DNA of 32,000 nucleotides from Candidatus Scalindua sp. (GTDB lineage Bacteria; Planctomycetota; Brocadiia; Brocadiales; Scalinduaceae): NCBI GenBank assembly GCA_031316235.1, contig JALDRA010000001.1, positions 510,001 to 542,000 of the forward strand, read 5' to 3'. Shown piece by piece: positions 25,428 to 32,000 of this stretch (position 1 is its first letter; each line of letters starts with the position of its first letter). The notes under the pieces were generated by a model. It saw only the letters and a program-made list of their open reading frames with translations, ran no database searches and was not told where the DNA came from. The position numbers and the translations under genes were made by a program.

Positions 25428-25793
25428 ATGAGAAGAAGAATTTTTATTATCCTCGCTATTTATGTCTCACAAATATTCTTTACCCCTTTAATTCACTTTA
25501 TTGGTGAAGGGCGTGAAAGAGATTGTGCTGACTGTTATGCCGGAGAGGTGGTTACTTCCTCTTGTAACAATACGACCGGGCCATGTAAAAATCCTGCTCA
25601 TCACCACCATACTGATCACAGGCATGACCCAGCCCAGTGTACGTTCTGCAAGACCTTCTTTCAGGACATCGAATATGTCCCCATTTGTTATGAAATCATC
25701 TACAAATGTTTCTCCAACGCATTCCAGAGTACCTTCAACAATTCCGGCCTGCTCACAAACAGATTATTTCCTGCCCGGGCCCCGCCAGTATAA
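25428..25793 (+). CDS. Small membrane-anchored His/Cys-rich protein, DUF2946-like (paralog 2)
   Basis: I prefer the ATG at 25428 (MRRRIFIILAIYVSQIFF...) because the track start at 25362 lies right after the MITE. Contains CADCY, the His cluster PAHHHHTDHRHD, CTFCKTF (CxxC) and the C-terminal tail PARAPPV. Confidence 0.6.
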   Translation: MRRRIFIILAIYVSQIFFTPLIHFIGEGRERDCADCYAGEVVTSSCNNTTGPCKNPAHHHHTDHRHDPAQCTFCKTFFQDIEYVPICYEIIYKCFSNAFQSTFNNSGLLTNRLFPARAPPV

Positions 25794-25970
25794 GAACTTC
25801 CTTACATGAATCCTGTTCCGGCACATGACCGTTAGCTGAGGCATATTGGAGAAAACAGATAAATACAATATGCCTTATAACCGTTACTCTGTCGACATAG
25901 ACATTAAACATTCAAGTCAGAAAATTTACCATTGGAGCAAAACCATTGTTTTTATTTGAGGAGGTTTTTT

Positions 25971-27425
25971 ATGGCAAAGACATTTTTTTTCATAACTGTT
26001 TTACTGCTTTGTGTGCACTGTGATATCACTCTTGGCAACAATACCGTTACCCTCAATGATATAGCGTCAGAACTTCATCAGTTAAAGAGTGCATTCCAGA
26101 AGATGGAAAATGACTACAGGGAAAAGATTGAGAGCCTGGAAGCACAGGTAGCAGGACAGCAGACAGATAAGGAATACCACGAAAAGATTCAGAATGTTGA
26201 GAGTGATTATCAGACGAAAATCCGTTCTCTGGAAGAGTTGCTGGTAAACCAGAAGGTTGAAATAGAACGCGATTATGGTACCAGGATCCATACCCTTGAA
26301 GAGCTGTTAGCACAGGAAAGAACCCGTTCAGAAGAGGCATATGTCAGGATAACAGAACAGGCACGGACCGACAAAAGACCTATTTTTTATGGGACAAAGG
26401 GGTCACTGATGAATCCTGACGTGAGTATCGTAGGAGATCTCTTTTATCATTTCAGCGACAATAAATTTGGGGTTGGTGAATACACAGACGAAGATCTGTT
26501 CTTCAGGGAGGTTGAATTAGCCGTACAGGGATACATTTATCCGGGAGTCAGGGCAGAGTTTTATCCTGTCTGGGAGGTTGAAGAGGGGAAGGTCGAGATC
26601 GAAGAGGCATTTGCAAACTTTCTGACCCTCCCTTTTAATTCAAACCTCCTCGTCGGCAGGCACAGGATCAGGTTTGGCCTGGTAAATCCAATACATCAGC
26701 ATTACAGAGACTATGTTGATGCTCCCCTGGCGGTACAAAACTTTCTGGGTGCAGAAGGGTACATTGATGATGGCATCAACTTCTCAGTTATGGTTCCCAG
26801 AATTCCTTTTCCTCTAGAGCTTGGATTTGGTATCTTTGACGGAAATAAGTCCCTGGCAGAAGAGGAGGAGGAAGAGGAAGAAGGCAGCAGGGTATCAGAA
26901 ATCTTTGAAAGTGAACCGGTTGAATTCAGTGATCACGTCTTCCTGGCAAAGATTAATACAAACCTGCTCTTATTGCCAAACTGTGATATCTCCATGGGGT
27001 ATCATGTCCTCTGGGACGATAATGGTGCAGGGAATACGGCAATTCACAACGGGCAATTTTCATTGAGATATCGATTCCCCAACAGCTGGTCAAGACTCCT
27101 CTGGCAGAATGAGCTTTACGTGGCCGATGTTGATAACCGGGATATTACGAGCAAGGGATTTTACTCTTTAATAAAATATACCCACAACAAATTTCTTGAT
27201 GTGGGATTCCGCTACGACTGGTCAGAGCTGGGCACAAATGATGACGCACACAACTGGGCATTAAACCCGATATTGACGTGGCATTTAACTGAATCCTCGT
27301 ATGTAAGGGCACAGTACCGTTACGGAGAATTGGAGAGTTCAATAAGTGGTGACAGCAGTGTTAACGAAGGTTTTATCCAGTTTGTCTGGGGATTGGGTCC
27401 TCATTCACACGGCATAGAACAGTAA
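25971..27425 (+). CDS. Secreted protein with N-terminal coiled-coil repeats and a C-terminal beta-strand-rich domain; putative outer-membrane beta-barrel (porin-like)
   Basis: GAGGAGG sits 6 nt before the ATG at 25971 (the track start at 25932 is a TTG). Signal peptide MAKTFFFITVLLLCVHC. Repeats of type DY..KI.SLEE.L (x4). After residue ~150 there are alternating-hydrophobicity strands rich in aromatic residues (FYSLIKYTHNKFLDVGFRYDW, WALNPILTWHLTESSYVRAQYRYG, EGFIQFVWGLG) and an E8 tract. Confidence 0.6.
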   Translation: MAKTFFFITVLLLCVHCDITLGNNTVTLNDIASELHQLKSAFQKMENDYREKIESLEAQVAGQQTDKEYHEKIQNVESDYQTKIRSLEELLVNQKVEIERDYGTRIHTLEELLAQERTRSEEAYVRITEQARTDKRPIFYGTKGSLMNPDVSIVGDLFYHFSDNKFGVGEYTDEDLFFREVELAVQGYIYPGVRAEFYPVWEVEEGKVEIEEAFANFLTLPFNSNLLVGRHRIRFGLVNPIHQHYRDYVDAPLAVQNFLGAEGYIDDGINFSVMVPRIPFPLELGFGIFDGNKSLAEEEEEEEEGSRVSEIFESEPVEFSDHVFLAKINTNLLLLPNCDISMGYHVLWDDNGAGNTAIHNGQFSLRYRFPNSWSRLLWQNELYVADVDNRDITSKGFYSLIKYTHNKFLDVGFRYDWSELGTNDDAHNWALNPILTWHLTESSYVRAQYRYGELESSISGDSSVNEGFIQFVWGLGPHSHGIEQ

Positions 27426-27502
27426 GTGGTCTTATCCTTGTACTGACGTGCTTACTTCTTATGTGAGAACAGTATTTTATACCATTAAAAGGAGGTTTTA
27501 CG

Positions 27503-28432
27503 GTGTTGAAAAATAGATTTGTACCCTGTTGTATCCTGTTAACATTATTCTTCTTTTCCCTCATGAACAACGCGTATGCCGCCAGAAAACTTAAAGTTGT
27601 TACCACGTTGGAGTTCCTTGCAGATTGGGTACAACAAATAGGACAGGACCAGGTGGAGGTTGATTTTATTCACGACAGCAGGCTGGATGTACACTACTTT
27701 CAGCCAAGACCAGCTCATGTCTTACTGTGTACGAGAGCCGATATGGTTATTATTTGCGGGCTCGATTTAGAGGTGTGGATGCAGTCACTGCTTGATGCAT
27801 CGAGAAACCAGAAAATACAATATGGTTCAACGGGTTACGTAGATGCATCCTTCGGGATTAACCATATACTTCAGAAGCCTGCGGGGCGGGTTGATATGTC
27901 GATGGGAGATATTCATCCATTTGGTAATCCTCACTATTTCCACAATATGAATAATGTTGGAATTGCCCTCGAAAATATTGTAACCGGACTTTCAAACAAC
28001 GATCCGGATAATGCAGATCTCTTTCGAGAGAATAAGGAGGAGTACTGGCAGAAGGTTCAAACCACATTCACGTCCCTCAAAGAATTGATGAAGCCTTTTA
28101 AAGGTACAAAGGTAGTTACCTACCACCAGAGCTGGGAATATTTTGCAGAAGAGTTTGGATTGGAAATTCTGGCTTATGTGGAACCAAAGCCGGGTCTTCC
28201 TGCTTCCCCCAAGCATACGAAAGAGTTGATAGATATTATGAATCAGCATGAGGTGAGGATAATTCTGAAGGAACCCTATTATCCGAAGAGACCGGTAAAG
28301 AAACTGATGAAACAGACGGGAGTAAAGATGTTGGAACTGGTAAATTATCCCGGTGGACGTCGTAACGCACGCACATACCTTGAAAATCTTGAAGCAAATG
28401 TGCACGATCTGATTCAGTCAGTTAAAGAGTAA
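27503..28432 (+). CDS. Metal ABC transporter substrate-binding protein (ZnuA/TroA/MntC cluster-9 family)
   Basis: GTG start with an AAAGGAGG RBS and a signal peptide. Family motifs: KVVTT...DVHYFQPRP, DIHPFGNPHYF, VVTYHQSWEYFAEEFGL and PS.KH..ELI..M....VRII..EPYY. Metal specificity (Zn versus Mn/Fe) cannot be decided by eye. Confidence 0.9.
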   Translation: MLKNRFVPCCILLTLFFFSLMNNAYAARKLKVVTTLEFLADWVQQIGQDQVEVDFIHDSRLDVHYFQPRPAHVLLCTRADMVIICGLDLEVWMQSLLDASRNQKIQYGSTGYVDASFGINHILQKPAGRVDMSMGDIHPFGNPHYFHNMNNVGIALENIVTGLSNNDPDNADLFRENKEEYWQKVQTTFTSLKELMKPFKGTKVVTYHQSWEYFAEEFGLEILAYVEPKPGLPASPKHTKELIDIMNQHEVRIILKEPYYPKRPVKKLMKQTGVKMLELVNYPGGRRNARTYLENLEANVHDLIQSVKE

Positions 28433-28449
28433 AGAGAAGTGGAATAAGT

Positions 28450-29217
28450 ATGAAAACTACCAATCAACCAATTATATCTTTTCAAGGCGTATCTCTCGGA
28501 TACGGGAAGAAAATAGTTCTGAAGGATTTGAATTTTGATATTCTTTCTAATGACTTTCTCGGAATTATCGGTCCGAACGGAGTTGGAAAAACAACTTTGC
28601 TGAAGGGAATCCTTGGCCTCATCAAGCCTGCATCAGGCTCCATAAAATCCAGAGAGTCTTATATTAAATTTGGATATGTTGTGCAGCGCCAGTTTGTGGA
28701 CGAGGTTTTTCCCCTTACGGCAAGAGAAATTGTTTCCATGGGGAGATACAGAAATATCAGGCTGGGAAGAGGACTTCGGAAAGAGGATTGGGACCATGTG
28801 AATCATGCATTAGAGGTTGCAGGGATCTTTCCTCAGGCTCATCAAACGTACCGCAGTCTTTCCGGCGGGCAGAAACAGCGTGTCCTTATTGCCCGTGCCC
28901 TTGCCAGTGAGGCGAATATCCTAATCCTGGATGAACCGACAAATGACATGGATATAAAGGGTGAAACGCAGATTATGGAGTTGATAAAGAAAATTCATGC
29001 GGAGCGGAGTGCAACAGTCGTAATAGTCAGTCATCTTCTGCATAACATCATCAACTATGTCCAGAGGCTCGCTTTTGTTACCAGGGACAAGTTTATTATC
29101 CAATCAATTCAAGAGGCCACTACAGGGCCCTATCTTTCTGAGGTTTTTAATAGTCCGGTAAAAGTGGCTGAGGTATCAGGGAAAAAGGTGGTTATTTCCA
29201 ATGGATCTACTGATTGA
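28450..29217 (+). CDS. Metal ABC transporter ATP-binding protein (ZnuC/TroB-like)
   Basis: Walker A GPNGVGKTT, signature LSGGQKQRVLIARAL, Walker B ILILDEPTNDMD and an H-loop VSHLL. Confidence 0.92.
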   Translation: MKTTNQPIISFQGVSLGYGKKIVLKDLNFDILSNDFLGIIGPNGVGKTTLLKGILGLIKPASGSIKSRESYIKFGYVVQRQFVDEVFPLTAREIVSMGRYRNIRLGRGLRKEDWDHVNHALEVAGIFPQAHQTYRSLSGGQKQRVLIARALASEANILILDEPTNDMDIKGETQIMELIKKIHAERSATVVIVSHLLHNIINYVQRLAFVTRDKFIIQSIQEATTGPYLSEVFNSPVKVAEVSGKKVVISNGSTD

Positions 29218-30034
29218 AATCTTTAGCGAACGTTTTATCCAGGCAGGCCTGGCGGCAAGCCTCATATTGGGGAGTGTCTGTGCTTATCTTGGGGTCTTTC
29301 TTATATTAAAGAGAATTGTTTTCGTTGGCGCCGCACTGTCACAGATGGCTGCAGTTGGCGTTGTAGCAGGTCACGTTATTGGTCACGAACTAGGCCTTAA
29401 TCTTGAAGCACTGGCATTTCTCTTTTCTATCCTTGGTGCCTTGCTTTTCTGGCTTCCTGTTTCACAAGGATCCATTACAAAAGAGAGTCTCATCGGGTAT
29501 ACCTACATCTTCGCTTCCGCTTTATCAATCATCATTATTGCAAAAGATCCGTTGGCTGAAGCAGAAAATATTGATCTTTTTTCCGGAAACATCCTCTTTG
29601 TAACGGGGTTTGATTTGTTCCTGATCTCTGTTGTTTCAAGTCTCATCTGTGTCGTTCATATCATTTTCAGGAAAGAATTCGTCTTTGTCTCTTTTGATCC
29701 TACCACAGCCCAGACCTTGAAGATACCGGCTCGACTCTACGATTTTCTTATTTATTTAACACTTGGTATCGCTATTTCTGTGGGGATCAGATCTGCAGGA
29801 ATGCTTTTTATTTTCTCGTCTCTCATTATTCCCGCTTTGATCGGAATGATCCTTTTTCAACGGTTAGTATGGATATTTATTGCCTCGGTTGTTTCTATAT
29901 GGATCTCCTCTCTTGTCGGGATAGTTTTTTCGTATACATTTGATTTACCCACCGGTCCGACTATTTCCGCGACAAATGCGATTATTTTCCTCATATGCTT
30001 TTTTGTCAAACGGTTCCTGATAAGAAGTCCCTAG
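29201..30034 (+). CDS. Metal ABC transporter permease (ABC-3 family, ZnuB/TroC-like)
   Basis: 277 aa with about 8 TM segments. It overlaps the ATPase gene by 17 nt, which suggests translational coupling. The N-terminus FIQAGLAASLILGSVCAYLGVFLILKR is typical of ABC-3 permeases. Confidence 0.88.
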   Translation: MDLLIEIFSERFIQAGLAASLILGSVCAYLGVFLILKRIVFVGAALSQMAAVGVVAGHVIGHELGLNLEALAFLFSILGALLFWLPVSQGSITKESLIGYTYIFASALSIIIIAKDPLAEAENIDLFSGNILFVTGFDLFLISVVSSLICVVHIIFRKEFVFVSFDPTTAQTLKIPARLYDFLIYLTLGIAISVGIRSAGMLFIFSSLIIPALIGMILFQRLVWIFIASVVSIWISSLVGIVFSYTFDLPTGPTISATNAIIFLICFFVKRFLIRSP

Positions 30035-30117
30035 AGCGGCATGATTGAAAACAAAGCGGAAATTACCGGAAAAGCCTTACATTACCGATACCTCCTCTGT
30101 GGATAGAACACCATGAA

Positions 30118-30256
30118 TATGCTAAAACCGATCTGGTTTTAGATTTTTCTAAAAACCAAAGCCTGGTTGCTGGTATCCCCGGACAAAAAGCGCCGAAGAC
30201 CTTACTCTCTCCGTTTTTTCCCGGATTGTATCCGAAATCCAGTATGAGATGAGTTT
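30118..30256 (-). repeat. Family-1 MITE-like repeat, copy 6 (139 bp, long form, reverse orientation)
   Basis: Aligns with the reverse complement of 25203-25341 and with the two halves of copy 3. It begins 84 nt after the permease stop. Confidence 0.85.
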
Positions 30257-30390
30257 TGTAACCATTCTCTTAACCTTTTACCTGTTACCTGACATTTTGG
30301 CTTTGCCTTGACACCTTTTACCTTTACAGTTTCTTCAAATCTGATACACTGAATAGGTAAATTTCAATTATTTCTTCAAAACGTTGAGTT

Positions 30391-30603
30391 ATGATGAAAC
30401 CATCTGCTTTTATAGGCCAAACCTTCTGCACGTATCAATCCTTTGCCTGGGAAAGCTGGATGTATACCAAGCGTAAAAAGTCAAGCTATCAAATAATCGC
30501 CCCACTGCCGGGGCAGTACAAAGCACGGATGTTTTCGGGAGGATCAACCGAAAAGGATTTACTTGCCAGGAGCACTATCGTCAGCGTGAAAGAGGACAGG
30601 TAA
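30391..30603 (+). CDS. Doubtful 70-aa ORF; possibly a remnant
   Basis: ORF only; no RBS and no recognisable domain. The segment KRKKSSYQIIAPLPGQYKARMFSGGSTEKDLLARS loosely recalls the N-terminal arm-binding region of phage-type integrases. This is a very weak impression. Confidence 0.25.
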   Translation: MMKPSAFIGQTFCTYQSFAWESWMYTKRKKSSYQIIAPLPGQYKARMFSGGSTEKDLLARSTIVSVKEDR

Positions 30604-30722
30604 TTGCTTTTCAGTGATCCTGTAAGAGGAGTATAATTTGTCAATACCGTTCAGGTTTTTTTTAAAAATAATACCCCGAAATGAGCTGTTTCAGTAAAAA
30701 AGTGGAGGAGAAATAAGAGCAT

Positions 30723-31049
30723 ATGAAGAAAGACTATATTGGTACCTGGAAAATCAAAGAGATGGATATGTGGGACGAGGATTACATCGATTTAATGGGA
30801 ACCGGACAAATAAAGATCGGCAAGGATGGGATTGGCTCAATCCGCTTTGGTGCTGTTCAGGCCACGCTTGGCTGTAAAACAGCTCATATCGGAGAAGAGG
30901 AGAGAATAGAATTCACCTTTGAGGGGTCAGACGAGGGTGATCAGTGTTCGGGTCGTGGCTGGATGAAGATAAGCAGGTCAGAGATGAATGGGAGAATTTT
31001 CTTTCATTTGGGCGATGATTCGGGGTTCAAGGCCATAAAATCAAAATAA
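30723..31049 (+). CDS. Small soluble protein of unknown function (108 aa)
   Basis: GGAGGAG RBS about 10 nt upstream. The sequence is globular-looking (GTWKIKEMDMWDEDYIDL...GSIRFGAVQATL...EFTFEGSDEGDQCSGRGWMKI...GRIFFHLGDDSGFKA). I believe I have seen this pattern in uncharacterised proteins but cannot name a family. Confidence 0.65.
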   Translation: MKKDYIGTWKIKEMDMWDEDYIDLMGTGQIKIGKDGIGSIRFGAVQATLGCKTAHIGEEERIEFTFEGSDEGDQCSGRGWMKISRSEMNGRIFFHLGDDSGFKAIKSK

Positions 31050-31105
31050 CGCAATCTCCAAGAAAACCCGTATAGGTAACTGCAGGCAATTTGGGAGGAT
31101 TTCAT

Positions 31106-31399
31106 ATGTTAACTAATTTTGACAAGAAAGAGCTTTTAGCAAAAGCACGAGGATTTACTCTATCCATTGATAAAATGGATGCAAAACAACGAATGGAGAA
31201 ACCGAACGTTAATTATGGAAACGACTATAACAATCTCCGTACTATTACCGCACGATTATATCCCGACTTGGCGAAACTTCTTCCTCCAGCTGTTTCCATA
31301 TATCGTGGAAGTGAGTTTGGAGATTATGTTGAGGAAAGCTACGGAGAGATTAATACATACTGCGAACAAATATACCAGCTTTTGTCTGAGCATGAATAA
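31106..31399 (+). CDS. Small protein of unknown function (97 aa)
   Basis: GGGAGGA sits 6 nt before the ATG at 31106 (the track start at 31091 is a TTG inside the RBS). Helical-looking with no recognised domain. Confidence 0.6.
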   Translation: MLTNFDKKELLAKARGFTLSIDKMDAKQRMEKPNVNYGNDYNNLRTITARLYPDLAKLLPPAVSIYRGSEFGDYVEESYGEINTYCEQIYQLLSEHE

Positions 31400-31799
31400 T
31401 GAATAATGTGAGAGGTTCGTGCCAATGTGAGAAAATAGAAAGGATAGAGAGAAACGGGCTCATTCCTCGTCAAACTGAGTGATTGGGATAAGAACCGGAA
31501 AATAGAACCAGACGTTGGAGATTGAATACGAACCGACGAGGACTTTTCAAGCTTTCAATGCTCTTTCTAGACACATTACCACTTAGCACGTTCATGCACC
31601 CAAGGACTCGCGTCACGTCACCTTCACGTTAGATTGCTTTGAGGTTCCATTATGGATAAAGATGAATTTCATGCCATTCAGGAAGAAGTTGAACGGGAAC
31701 GAACTATAGAGCAAAATAACGTTTGGAAACAGAGGAAGCACATATCACGTCGGAGAATTTTCATAGCTTTCTCCTTATTTCCTCATTCTCCTTTGTTTC

Positions 31800-32000
31800 T
31801 TATTCTTTAAACCCCACTACCAAAACGAGATCATTTAAATACATATTATTCATTTTGCAGATAGAAGAAAAACCGGCAAAATCTAAAAGTTTAATAAGGA
31901 TTTCAGCTTTTTGTCTTGAGTTATCATTCTTCACGTTAAAAATCAAATTTTTCATTATACGTGAATGTGATATTAGCCCTACACCAGTCACTTTCCATCC
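31800..32000 (-). CDS. C-terminal part of a protein whose start lies right of the window
   Basis: The minus-strand frame is open from base 32000 (GWKVTGVGLISHSRIMKNLIFNVKNDNSRQKAEILIKLLDFAGF...) to the stop at 31800. The 'start' in the track is an internal GTG. Confidence 0.5.
   Translation of the reverse strand, partial: GWKVTGVGLISHSRIMKNLIFNVKNDNSRQKAEILIKLLDFAGFSSICKMNNMYLNDLVLVVGFKE

Noticed and set aside
25839-25875. 9-bp inverted repeat AGGCATATT-19 nt-AATATGCCT flanked by direct ACCGTTA words, upstream of the barrel gene; considered as a metal-regulator operator or terminator
   Set aside because: The 19-nt spacer is too long for the Zur/Fur-type boxes I know, and there is no T-run for a terminator. 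I record it as a structure only; it could be revisited if a genome-wide motif search recovers it.
1-32000. Search for CRISPR arrays, tRNA, rRNA and tmRNA
   Set aside because: The repeats present are dispersed, of different orientations and not regularly spaced, so there is no array. I saw no GGTTCGAATCC-type T-arm in an intergenic context and no rRNA-like conserved blocks. This was done by eye only; tRNAscan, Infernal and a CRISPR finder should confirm.

Overview
32-kb chromosomal segment from a diderm-type bacterium; I cannot assign a taxon from sequence alone. The sequence looks AT-leaning, but I did not compute composition. Strong Shine-Dalgarno motifs precede many genes, though not all. 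About 27 coding regions are supportable. Housekeeping or broadly conserved genes include thiD, argJ, a TPR-containing M48 lipoprotein protease, a YihY/BrkB membrane protein, DUF364, DUF4126 and DUF4197 proteins, a DUF11-repeat lipoprotein and a ZnuABC/TroABC-type metal importer. Accessory and decayed material is interleaved with them. It comprises one ISKra4-like IS inserted exactly at the stop codon of a solitary Dam-type methylase, and a secreted S8 protease reduced to propeptide plus catalytic-Asp region and fused to FG-GAP-like repeats. It also comprises at least three families of short dispersed repeats: six copies of a 112/139-bp hairpin-bearing MITE-like element, one carrying a nested 164-bp MITE with TIRs and an 11-bp target duplication; a second, roughly 110-bp family; and a 16-nt motif. 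By eye I found no rRNA, tRNA or CRISPR array. The best candidates for something new are listed here. (1) A metal-acquisition island at 23.8-30.0 kb, joining a His/Cys-motif membrane protein, two paralogous CxxC/His-rich small membrane proteins, a coiled-coil plus beta-barrel-like protein and the ABC importer; part of it is bracketed by inverted MITE copies. (2) A Tat-signal 603-aa protein whose C-terminus recalls the Tc-toxin A-subunit C-terminal region. (3) The structured repeat families themselves. All functional calls rest on motif recognition from memory, not on database searches.
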